From an uncultured Muribaculaceae bacterium (GTDB lineage: Bacteria; Bacteroidota; Bacteroidia; Bacteroidales; UBA932): a DNA stretch of 64,000 nucleotides. Both the position numbers and the translations under genes were made by a program. The stretch spans positions 3,600 through 67,599 of the forward strand of contig CAZSXE010000004.1 of NCBI GenBank assembly GCA_964611185.1, written 5' to 3'. Position 1 is the stretch's first letter, and each line of letters starts with the position of its first letter. The notes under the pieces are model-generated. The model did not search any database. It saw nothing but the letters and a program-made list of their open reading frames with translations, and was not told where the DNA came from. This document shows, piece after piece, positions 1-8,572 of the stretch.

Positions 1-87
1 TTATTCATTATAAAAAACTTTTAGTTGTTACTACAAAATTAATAATTCAATGTTTATTATTACTAATTTTGTAAAAAAATAATCAAA

Positions 88-1767
88 ATGAAAAAATTAT
101 TATTTATTGTATTTTCGGCTCTGTTTTTTGTAGTTTCCGGATGTAATAACAAAAGTGAAATGGAATTAATAAAAATTATTAACGACTTGGAGGGACAGAT
201 AGCCCCTTTGAGAACCGAATCTGCCCTTGCATATTGGGATGGGACGATTTCTGGAAATTCGTCAGATTTTCAGAAATATGCAGAATTAAATATGAAAATG
301 ACAAATATTTTGTCTAACAAGCAGGTTTTTAACCAGTTGAAAAATCTCAAGGAAGGTGGACAGGTGAAAGATTCTCTATTGAAGAGGGAATTGGATATAT
401 TGTATGATTCATTTTTAGGTAATCAGGCAGATACCACTCTGCTAAATTTAATCATTGAAAAAGAATCTCTTCTTGAGCAGAAATATGCACGCTTTCGCGC
501 AATGTACAAAGGGAATCCAATTAACGATAATAAAGTAGAGGAGGTGCTCCACGAATCGATAAATAATAAAGATTTGGAAGAGGTATGGAAAGCCCATAAG
601 GCAATAGGACGCGAGGTCGCAGGTGATGTTATTGAAATAGTGAAGATGAGGAATCAGGTCGCTCGCGAACTCGGATTTGATAATTATCATACAATGAGTT
701 TAAAACTTTCGGGTCAGGATCCTGCTGAAATTTCAGCCATTTTTGATGAGCTTGACCTTATGACCAGAGATGGGTTCGCTGCATTGAAGAAAGAGATGGA
801 TGCTGTATTTTCTGTAAGATATAAATTGTCACCTGATAAATTAATGCCATGGCATTATCAAGGACGCTTTTTCCAAGAAGCGCCCAATCTTTATCCGGTG
901 GATTTCGATAAATATTATAAAGGTAAAAACTTAGAGCAGCTTACTATTGATTTTTATAAAGGGATAGGTCTTGATGTTACTGCTATTATGAATAACAGTG
1001 ATCTTTACCCTAAGGAGAAAAAGAACCAGCACGCTTTCTGTACGGATATTGACGGGAGAGGTGATGTTCGCGTATTGTGTAATATCTCTGATAACGAGCA
1101 GTGGATGGGGACAATGCTGCATGAATTCGGCCATGGAGTCTATTCTATAGGTCATGATATTCCGCAAAATCCATATTTTTTGAGAGATGCAGCCAATGCA
1201 TTTACCACGGAAGCTGTCGCAATGATGTTTGAGAGATTATCAAGAAATCCTCAATGGATGATGTTGAATCTTGGTATTTCTGAAGAAGAAAAAAATGCCA
1301 TTTCAGATGACTGCATTAAGTCTGCACGCTTGCAGCAATTGGTATTCTCACGCTGGACACAAGTGGTTTATAGGTTTGAGAAGGAGATGTATGCCAATCC
1401 CGATCAGGATTTAAACTCTCTTTGGTGGAATATAGTAGAAAAATATCAGGGGATTAAATCTCCTAAAGGCAGAAATGAACCTGATTGGGCATCGAAGATA
1501 CACATTGCTCTCTATCCTTGCTATTATCACAATTATCAGCTTGGAGCCCTACTCGCCTCTCAAATGCAGCATTATATTGTAAATAATATTACCAAGACAG
1601 GTGATTTGAGGTATGACTGCTATACAGAGAATGCAAAGGAAGTAGGGGAGTGGATATCTGAAAAAATATTCAATCCTGGTATGAGATATGAATGGAATGA
1701 AATGATTGAGCGTGCTACCGGAGAAAAACTGACTGCCAAATATTATAAAATGCAGTATATCGATTAA
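88..1767 (+). CDS. M2-family (ACE-like) zinc metallopeptidase, predicted lipoprotein
   Basis: 559-aa ORF. Signal peptide ends in lipobox-like VVSGC. HEFGH zinc motif with a downstream Glu in RDAANAFTTEAVAMM, collinear with ACE HEMGH...GANPGFHEAIGD as recalled. No search run. Confidence 0.7.
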   Translation: MKKLLFIVFSALFFVVSGCNNKSEMELIKIINDLEGQIAPLRTESALAYWDGTISGNSSDFQKYAELNMKMTNILSNKQVFNQLKNLKEGGQVKDSLLKRELDILYDSFLGNQADTTLLNLIIEKESLLEQKYARFRAMYKGNPINDNKVEEVLHESINNKDLEEVWKAHKAIGREVAGDVIEIVKMRNQVARELGFDNYHTMSLKLSGQDPAEISAIFDELDLMTRDGFAALKKEMDAVFSVRYKLSPDKLMPWHYQGRFFQEAPNLYPVDFDKYYKGKNLEQLTIDFYKGIGLDVTAIMNNSDLYPKEKKNQHAFCTDIDGRGDVRVLCNISDNEQWMGTMLHEFGHGVYSIGHDIPQNPYFLRDAANAFTTEAVAMMFERLSRNPQWMMLNLGISEEEKNAISDDCIKSARLQQLVFSRWTQVVYRFEKEMYANPDQDLNSLWWNIVEKYQGIKSPKGRNEPDWASKIHIALYPCYYHNYQLGALLASQMQHYIVNNITKTGDLRYDCYTENAKEVGEWISEKIFNPGMRYEWNEMIERATGEKLTAKYYKMQYID

Positions 1768-1778
1768 CAGCTTTATCG

Positions 1779-2417
1779 TTAGATTATTTGTAAAATCTCT
1801 TCACAGTTGTGAACAATATAATCAGCCAGTTTTTCAGTCTCTTGTTGAGATGAAACATTGGCTGATTTTTTCCATAGTGCCAAGGCAAAGTCTATCCCTG
1901 CATTATGTCCGCAATGATAGTCGTGAATGGTATCACCTATATATATACAATCGGAAGGAGAAGATGAGTTTTTATTGATATATGCGATAATAGGATCGGG
2001 AAAAGGTTTATGTCTTGGAGAATCTTCTGCGCAAATAGAACAATCAATCAAGTCGCTCCATCGGGACATATATTTGTCGTTGTTATATTCTTTCCTGTTT
2101 CTCGATGTGACAATCCCTATCGTTGCCCCCCGGCTTTTAATCGTTTTAAGCATCTCTTCTACACCCGGAAATGGGGAAATGAGGTGGCTAAGGTTTTGGA
2201 AATTCTTTTCCCAAATCCGTGAAGCGGCTTTTGGATCTGGAAAATTCAGATCAATTACCGCTTTGCCGCTTGGAACTCCGAAAAATCGGTATAAATCTTT
2301 AAGAGGGATATCTTTTCCCAATATCTCTTTTACAGTTTTTTGGAGAGATAGCAGACCGGTGCTTTCTGTGTCGAGCAATGTGCCATCTATATCGAAAATC
2401 ACATTTTTATAATGCAT
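1779..2417 (-). CDS. HAD-superfamily hydrolase (phosphatase)
   Basis: 212 aa. HAD motif I FDIDGTLLDT, motif II VTSR, motif IV GDTIHD. Overlaps the upstream kinase gene by 11 nt. Confidence 0.8.
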   Translation of the reverse strand: MHYKNVIFDIDGTLLDTESTGLLSLQKTVKEILGKDIPLKDLYRFFGVPSGKAVIDLNFPDPKAASRIWEKNFQNLSHLISPFPGVEEMLKTIKSRGATIGIVTSRNRKEYNNDKYMSRWSDLIDCSICAEDSPRHKPFPDPIIAYINKNSSSPSDCIYIGDTIHDYHCGHNAGIDFALALWKKSANVSSQQETEKLADYIVHNCEEILQII

Positions 2418-3936
2418 TAGCAGGTAGTATTTTACAAGGTATGTAGGCCCAAAATGTGCTTCCTTTTCCCAATTCTGATTCTACTCCGATGTCTCCATCA
2501 ATCATCTCCACAAATGATTTACAAATAGAAAGTCCCAGCCCTGTCCCTTGGATGTCTTTATTAAATTTCTTAAATCGTACGAACAAATTGTCCATATTCT
2601 CCTTAGCAATTCCCATGCCTGTATCCTCTACCCACAATCTAATTCCATTTTTAAATGGCTCATAACCAAACTTAATGTGTCCGGAAGATGTAAATTTTGA
2701 GGCATTAGTTAAGAAATTTAATGTTATCTGCATGATTTTCTGACGATCACTATTGATAATACTTATATCCTTAGGAATGTTTACCTCTAAATACACATCC
2801 TCTCTTTTTTTAGTTAATATGGTTAAATAGAGACTGTTAAACAATTCCGAAATATCGAATGGCTCGTTATTGAATTCTGTAAATCCTGCTTCCATCTTGG
2901 AGAGATCGAGAATATCGTTGATAAGATTAATTAATATTTCGCTGTTCGATGTTATTATTTTTTCAAATTCAATCCTCTCTTCGTCTGATTCGGCTGTTTT
3001 TAAAAGATTGGCAAAGCCTACGATCGAGTTAATGGGTGTTCTTATTTCGTGACTGACATTGGCCAAAAAACTTGATTTCATTTTTTCTGCTTCTATAGCT
3101 TTGTCCTTAGCTTTTTTGAGGGCCTTTATCATCTCAATATATGAGGTAATATCAATTATGATAACGATATATGAGGATATATTGCCATATTTATCTCGAT
3201 ATACGCGTCCTCGAGTATTTAGGTAAATCTTTCCCTTTTTATATGTGTTAAAATAATGTTTTTTTGATACAGCTGAAAAATCGTACTCAAAAGAATAATC
3301 TGAGTCATTTCCTTTTCTAAAAAAATCTATGGTATCTTTGGGTATAGCCGGATTGTCGAAAATATTTCTTTTATGTTTTAGATATTCATTTTTATCAATA
3401 AATCCGAATATGTCAGCGGCAGCATCGTTGGAGAAAGTAAGAAAACCATCTTTGTCATATATTTGAATACCTATTGGAATAGACTGTGCGAGATTTGCAG
3501 TCTGCTCATAAAGAAGTTGCATATCATCATTCATCTTTTGAGCAGTTGTGAGATCTTTGACGGTAATTATGGTTCCGGCAAATTTATTCTCAGAATCGAA
3601 TATTTCTTTTCTATGTATGGAGATAATTAATTTATGTTTAATATTAGATATGATAGTATTTTCTTCCATTATTTTTGAGAGATCTATTTCGTATATATCA
3701 CTCTCGTCAAGAAGAGATAACTGTAACTTTTGAGCGTATTTTTTAAAATAATCTAAAAACAGATACTGATTTTGTATTTCACTTTGTTTCTGTATGCCGA
3801 AGATTTTACTCGCTTCCTCGTTCATATTCAAAAGAATACCGTTACTGTCATATAATATGATACCTATTGATATGGCGTCCAATACGGACTTGCATTTAAC
3901 CATAGAATGATTAAACAACTGATTATCACTTGTCAT
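2407..3936 (-). CDS. cytoplasmic PAS-domain sensor histidine kinase
   Basis: 509 aa with no TM segment. Two PAS-like blocks, H-box SHEIRTPINSIVGF, ATPase G-boxes DTGMGI and GTGLGLSIC. No response regulator adjacent. Confidence 0.85.
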   Translation of the reverse strand: MTSDNQLFNHSMVKCKSVLDAISIGIILYDSNGILLNMNEEASKIFGIQKQSEIQNQYLFLDYFKKYAQKLQLSLLDESDIYEIDLSKIMEENTIISNIKHKLIISIHRKEIFDSENKFAGTIITVKDLTTAQKMNDDMQLLYEQTANLAQSIPIGIQIYDKDGFLTFSNDAAADIFGFIDKNEYLKHKRNIFDNPAIPKDTIDFFRKGNDSDYSFEYDFSAVSKKHYFNTYKKGKIYLNTRGRVYRDKYGNISSYIVIIIDITSYIEMIKALKKAKDKAIEAEKMKSSFLANVSHEIRTPINSIVGFANLLKTAESDEERIEFEKIITSNSEILINLINDILDLSKMEAGFTEFNNEPFDISELFNSLYLTILTKKREDVYLEVNIPKDISIINSDRQKIMQITLNFLTNASKFTSSGHIKFGYEPFKNGIRLWVEDTGMGIAKENMDNLFVRFKKFNKDIQGTGLGLSICKSFVEMIDGDIGVESELGKGSTFWAYIPCKILPANAL

Positions 3937-3975
3937 AGTTTTTTTATTATTATAACAAATAATGAAACGAATTGT

Positions 3976-4527
3976 TTAACAGTTGGTCAATATTTTATCA
4001 AGTTTTTGGTCAAACGGTTCTACCGGTATCTCTAAGACCATTTGAAAATCGAATCCGATTCCTATTGTAGTACATTTTAATTTGGGCAGTAGTCTATCGT
4101 AGAAGCCCTTGCCGCGTCCAAGTCTATTGCCGGAGGCATCAAAAGCGACCCCCGGTACAATGGCGAGTTCCACCTCTTCAGGGGGCACTGTTTCTGCATC
4201 GAATGACGGTTCCGGAATAGATTTGTACCCTGGTACAATTTTATCGGGAGAGAAAACCTTTAAAATTAATTCTTCTCCCTCAACAAGAGGGATGAGGATT
4301 CTTTTGGAGGAATACCATTTATTAAGGAAATTTTCAGTCTGCACTTCGTCCCTAAGAGCGTAATAGAGCAGCACTGTATGGCTGTTGATAAATTCAGGAA
4401 GAACTTCTATTTGGGATAAAATCGTTTCTGAAGCAGCTTTTTTCCATGAAAAAGAATACTTTTCTTTTTGTAAAAAAATATATTTGCGAATATCTTTTTT
4501 TAATTGTGATGTTGAAAAATTATCCAT
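3976..4527 (-). CDS. 5-formyltetrahydrofolate cyclo-ligase
   Basis: 183 aa with the MTHFS signature PGVAFDASGNRLGRGKGFYDRLL. Confidence 0.85.
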   Translation of the reverse strand: MDNFSTSQLKKDIRKYIFLQKEKYSFSWKKAASETILSQIEVLPEFINSHTVLLYYALRDEVQTENFLNKWYSSKRILIPLVEGEELILKVFSPDKIVPGYKSIPEPSFDAETVPPEEVELAIVPGVAFDASGNRLGRGKGFYDRLLPKLKCTTIGIGFDFQMVLEIPVEPFDQKLDKILTNC

Positions 4528-4566
4528 ATTCTATGCAAAAATAAGAAAAAATGTTAATTTTGAAAC

Positions 4567-4971
4567 ATGGAACAAACAAATGTTAATAAACCTCATTTCA
4601 ATGTTGTAGCTGCGGTTATTGAACATAACGGTAAAATTCTGTGTGTTCGTCGTGGAAAGACAAAATATCCTTACACTGAATATAAATATGAATTTCCCGG
4701 CGGGAAGATGGAGGAAGGGGAAACCGAGCAGGAAGCACTTATACGGGAGGTGGATGAAGAACTTAAACTTGCAATTAGTGTAGGCCCGAAAATTAAAATT
4801 ATTGAACATTCGTATCCTGATTTTACAGTTACTCTCCATTTTTACCGATGTTCTGTGATTGATACGGCTTATACCCTGTCGGAACATACAAAAGGTATGT
4901 GGGCATCACCTGTCGAAATGTTGAAACTCGACTGGGTAGAGGCTGACAAAAGGGTAGTGTTTAAAAGATAG
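4567..4971 (+). CDS. NUDIX hydrolase (MutT-like)
   Basis: 134 aa with Nudix box GGKMEEGETEQEALIREVDEEL. Confidence 0.85.
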   Translation: MEQTNVNKPHFNVVAAVIEHNGKILCVRRGKTKYPYTEYKYEFPGGKMEEGETEQEALIREVDEELKLAISVGPKIKIIEHSYPDFTVTLHFYRCSVIDTAYTLSEHTKGMWASPVEMLKLDWVEADKRVVFKR

Positions 4972-4975
4972 AGTG

Positions 4976-5554
4976 CTATTTTCTGTGATAGACAATCTTT
5001 AGGTCCCCTGCTGAAAGTATGAGGGTGTCTTCTGTATATTTATCAATGCGATACTCTTCTGAGAAATCAAAAGAAGTGTCATTTCCTATACTTCTACCGT
5101 CAAGGGCAATATGGTAAAAGCCTTCAGAATCGGGGTCCATTAGTTTCCAAGATTTGTATAGAAGGGTATTCATATTAATTGATTTCGCCTGACCTCCGTT
5201 TATAAGCTCGATCCCTTGTTCCATCGTTTCCATTCCGGGAACGGGTTCTACCCACGATCCGCATATACGAGCTGTAATGGAGGCTTTTACAGATATGCTT
5301 TTGGCCTTGGTAATAGGTTTTATCTTTCCGAAAAATGTAATCTCGGCATAATCTCCGATAAGTATGCCGTCTTCGGTGGTCCTTTGGGCTGTTAATGTGC
5401 TGAATGTCAATGTATCAGAATTAATGGAATTAATTATGGTCACTGAATTCATCGAGGCATCCATGATAGTACCTGATACTTTATTCTCCATCTGACTACA
5501 GGCTGTAAATCCCAAAATGGCAAATAAGAGGGTAGGAATTAAATATTTTCTCAT
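4976..5554 (-). CDS. hypothetical lipoprotein (lipocalin-like)
   Basis: 192 aa. Signal peptide with lipobox LGFTAC. GSW-containing C-terminal half resembles lipocalin-like domains. Function unknown. Confidence 0.5.
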   Translation of the reverse strand: MRKYLIPTLLFAILGFTACSQMENKVSGTIMDASMNSVTIINSINSDTLTFSTLTAQRTTEDGILIGDYAEITFFGKIKPITKAKSISVKASITARICGSWVEPVPGMETMEQGIELINGGQAKSINMNTLLYKSWKLMDPDSEGFYHIALDGRSIGNDTSFDFSEEYRIDKYTEDTLILSAGDLKIVYHRK

Positions 5555-5602
5555 AATATTGAAATGTTTTATATTTTTGTCGCCTTAAAATTTCAAATTT
5601 AG

Positions 5603-5971
5603 ATGAAAAAATTTAATATTATTGTTTTTATTTTGTTTGTTTTCTTAAATATTCAACAAATGAATGGACAGAAGATTGTCAAAGATACCATTAATAAAGA
5701 TGGGGTGAGGGAGGTGGAGTTTCAGCCTTCACAGAAAGTATGTTCGCGAATGATTTATGTCAGCGTAAAAGATGATGTGATTTTGGATGCTCATTATCTC
5801 GGGGGATGCAGTGGAAACACTCAAGGAATATCGGCCCTTATCAAAGGGATGAAAGTAGAAGAAGCGATTAATAAAATTCAAGGTATCAAATGCGGATCGA
5901 AAGGGACATCGTGCCCTGATCAGCTTGCAAAGGCATTAATTGCTATTAAAGAGAAAAATTTGAAAAAATAA
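5603..5971 (+). CDS. TSCPD-domain protein (TIGR03905-like) with signal-peptide-like N-terminus
   Basis: 122 aa. C-terminal ~85 aa carry VCSR, GGCSGNTQGISALIKGM and GIKCGSKGTSCPDQLAKAL, as in the TIGR03905/TSCPD family by recall. First 22 aa are hydrophobic. An alternative in-frame ATG lies at 5660. Confidence 0.7.
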   Translation: MKKFNIIVFILFVFLNIQQMNGQKIVKDTINKDGVREVEFQPSQKVCSRMIYVSVKDDVILDAHYLGGCSGNTQGISALIKGMKVEEAINKIQGIKCGSKGTSCPDQLAKALIAIKEKNLKK

Positions 5972-5993
5972 CACTATATCATTGAACTTTTTT

Positions 5994-6030
5994 CTATTTA
6001 TATTGTTATATAGGTAGAAATAGTTTTTTT
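5994..6030 (+). terminator. weak AT-rich hairpin plus T7 run downstream of the TSCPD gene
   Basis: CTATTT...AAATAG stem with an inner ATAT/ATAT pairing, followed by TTTTTTT at 6024-6030. Confidence 0.35.
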
Positions 6031-6102
6031 ACAAAATTCATCAGTGGTATAGTTTAGTTAGTTGGTTAGGTTTTGCCCGTTTGATTATTCAGGCGGGCTT
6101 CC

Positions 6103-6942
6103 TTATTTTAAACGGGCTACTCTGATGCCGTTAGAAGCGTAATCAACGAGCTTTTTCTTCTCGATTACTACTTTTTTTTCCTTAAATGAGGCGTGGATAA
6201 AATGCAATTCACCCTTGTCATGATATGCTATGGCAACATGAGCAATATCCAAACCTTCTACATTGGAAATAAATCCGATAATATCTCCGCTGAGAATTTC
6301 ATTTTCAATGGAGCGTAGCTTTTTATTTGAAATATAATAAAATGGAGCCGAACTGTTAAGTCTCTCCTCGATAAGGGCTATTCTTCTGACCATATCATCA
6401 CTATCTCGTAACTGTTTGTAACTTTGGGGGTGAGTGGACATATATGAAAAATGCTGATCGAACCTTTCTCCATATCGGCTGCTGAGCTCGACGAGAATAT
6501 TGTTTTTCTCATTTTGAATCAACCATTCTGATGTATAATGTATCCTTGATTCGTAGCCCTCAACGATACCATCTCTATACCTCATTTTTCGCACTTGCGT
6601 GCAATACTCCTCGAATTCAGGATTAGTACTTTGTTTGATGGTAAGGGCCATCGCGATACAAGATTCGACAAAAAGAATACAGTCTGTCTCGTGAAGGTTT
6701 ATCGTAAGAGTTTCAGGTATTTGTTCAAGAGTTCCTGCCGTGTATGGCGTTCCTAAGAAACTTAATGCTACTTCGGTTACAAGAGTGGGCATTGATGAAT
6801 TTTTGTAAGGAAGGAGATATTCAATCTTTTCTTCAAAAATTTGTTTATCAATAGGGGAGAATCTAATATCTGTAGATTGGGCGGAGAGGATCGTGGATAT
6901 TAAAATGGTGATTGAGAAGATGATGATTGTCCTTTTTTTCAT
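6103..6942 (-). CDS. DUF1460-like exported protein (amidase/cysteine-peptidase-like fold)
   Basis: 279 aa. Signal peptide with SA|Q cleavage context. FLGTPYTAGTLE...ETDCILFVESCIAMA resembles DUF1460 proteins by recall. Confidence 0.6.
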   Translation of the reverse strand: MKKRTIIIFSITILISTILSAQSTDIRFSPIDKQIFEEKIEYLLPYKNSSMPTLVTEVALSFLGTPYTAGTLEQIPETLTINLHETDCILFVESCIAMALTIKQSTNPEFEEYCTQVRKMRYRDGIVEGYESRIHYTSEWLIQNEKNNILVELSSRYGERFDQHFSYMSTHPQSYKQLRDSDDMVRRIALIEERLNSSAPFYYISNKKLRSIENEILSGDIIGFISNVEGLDIAHVAIAYHDKGELHFIHASFKEKKVVIEKKKLVDYASNGIRVARLK

Positions 6943-6971
6943 CGTATCATGTATTAGTAATTATCAATAAA

Positions 6972-7298
6972 AAAGGGTGAGACGATAAGCCGAATTCTGT
7001 ACTCGTTACCGAGCCTCTATCATTTATCTAAGCAGCCTACCCCCCGACAAAAGGCGGGCAGCCCTTAACTGTCGGTATATTTGGCCTTGCAGGTCACAGG
7101 GATGTACCCTTGAAATGTCACCATATTCGAGTTGTGAGCTCTTACCTCGCATTTTCACCCTTACCTCTTGTGAAGGCGGTTGTTTTCTGTTACATCTTAC
7201 ATAAACTTACATCTATCTGTGCTTTCCACAGTGTGATGCCCTTTCCTGTCCGGACTTTCCTCTGCCATAAAATAGCAGCGATAGAGTGTCTCACCCAA
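6972..7298 (-). ncRNA. rnpB: RNase P RNA, bacterial type A
   Basis: Minus strand reads GGCAGAGGAAAGTCCGGACAGG (plus coords about 7244-7265; the GAGGAAAGTCCGGAC core is 7248-7262) and GGGTGAAAATGCGAGGTAAGAGCTCACAAC. Its 3' ACAGAATTCGGCTTATCGTCTCACCC pairs with 5' GGGTGAGAC to form P1. Ends are approximate. Confidence 0.85.
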
Positions 7299-7327
7299 GT
7301 GGCAAAGTTATGTAATTATTGATAAAA

Positions 7328-8566
7328 TTAATGATTTTTAATATTTCTTTCTATTTCTCGTGAAAGATATGGTGAAAGTTTGCAGTTTTCGTGGCATTGC
7401 ATATCGTAGTTCCATATTCGCGCTACGCAATAGTTGGAATGTTTGCATCCGCTCTCAGAGCAGGTTCCTGCTTTCAATTTATTAATGAACTGAGTGTCAT
7501 ATACAAGGGGTCTTGCCATCTCGATAAAATCGAAGCCCGCATCAAGAACTTTGTTGATGGAATCTGCTGAATTAAGCCCTCCCACGAATGCAAGAGGCAT
7601 ATCAGGAAGTGCTTTTCTGAATTTGACAGAGTCATCGTAGAAAAAAGCCTCTTCAAACGGTTCATTGCGTATCATTAATTTTCCAAACAGGGCAATCCCT
7701 ATTTTTAGCCACCATAAAGATTTCCATGGCATATATCCCCAAAGAGTGCGCATGGGCATCTTCCCTTTCATCACATACATAGGCGCTCTGCTGACAAATC
7801 CTCCACTTAACACGAGACAATGTGCTCCAAGATCCTGTAATTTTTGGGCGACAGTGATGCATTCGTCAACCTCAAGCCCCCCTTTGAACCCATCCCTCGT
7901 ATTGGTCTTGACCAAAACAGCTATTTTATTATCTGCCGCATCCATAACCTCTCTCATAACCATTGTCATAAAACGCATTCTGTTTTCAAGAGAACCGCCG
8001 AATTCATCTTTGCGATGATTGGTATATGGAGATAGAAATTGTGAAATAAGATAACCATGCCCTGCATGAATTTCCACAGCATCAAACCCCCCTTTGATGG
8101 CGATTTTCACCGAATTACCGAACTCTTTGGCGATTTGAATTATCTCTTCTTTCCTGAGGCCGTGTACAAAAGTGGGGGAGTAAAGGTTAAACCCTGAGCA
8201 GGCTCCCACCGGACGACATCCGCAATATCTTCTATGAGACATATTCCCACAGTGGCCGAGCTGCACGCATGCTTTTGCACCATTGGAGTGGATGGAGGCT
8301 GTTAATTTAAGTAGGTCGGGAATGATCTCCTCTCTCATCCATAATTGACGATGAAAAGAGAGACCGCTTTTACATACTGCTGCATAAGCTACTCCTGTCA
8401 TGCCCACGCCTCCTCGGGCCAAAGATGAGTGATAATCAATTAATTGTTGTGTGGGAGTGTGTCCGTCTGCCATCCCCTCGTAGGCTGAGGCGCGAATGAC
8501 TCTGTTGGGAAGTTCTATGGGGCCAAGTTTTACTGTTTCGAATAATTTTTTGTTTACGACTGTCAT
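7328..8566 (-). CDS. Old-Yellow-Enzyme family NADH:flavin oxidoreductase with Cys-rich C-terminus
   Basis: 412 aa. OYE signature HAGHGYLISQFLSPYTNHRKDEFGGSLENRMRF. Tail is CSESGCKHSNYCVARIWNYDMQCHENC. Confidence 0.85.
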   Translation of the reverse strand: MTVVNKKLFETVKLGPIELPNRVIRASAYEGMADGHTPTQQLIDYHSSLARGGVGMTGVAYAAVCKSGLSFHRQLWMREEIIPDLLKLTASIHSNGAKACVQLGHCGNMSHRRYCGCRPVGACSGFNLYSPTFVHGLRKEEIIQIAKEFGNSVKIAIKGGFDAVEIHAGHGYLISQFLSPYTNHRKDEFGGSLENRMRFMTMVMREVMDAADNKIAVLVKTNTRDGFKGGLEVDECITVAQKLQDLGAHCLVLSGGFVSRAPMYVMKGKMPMRTLWGYMPWKSLWWLKIGIALFGKLMIRNEPFEEAFFYDDSVKFRKALPDMPLAFVGGLNSADSINKVLDAGFDFIEMARPLVYDTQFINKLKAGTCSESGCKHSNYCVARIWNYDMQCHENCKLSPYLSREIERNIKNH

Positions 8567-8572
8567 TTCAAA

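Noticed and set aside
1927-2412. Other long antisense ORFs in the track: 1927-2412, 15076-15648, 21549-22085, 29248-29643, 38778-39218, 54161-54904, 58698-59078, 62732-63184
   Set aside because: Each lies wholly inside a well-supported gene on the opposite strand and translates to low-complexity sequence with no recognisable motif. These are best explained as frame shadows.
7110-7322. 70-aa ORF in the gap between the DUF1460 and OYE genes
   Set aside because: It lies inside the RNase P RNA gene, which runs on the opposite strand and explains the whole gap.
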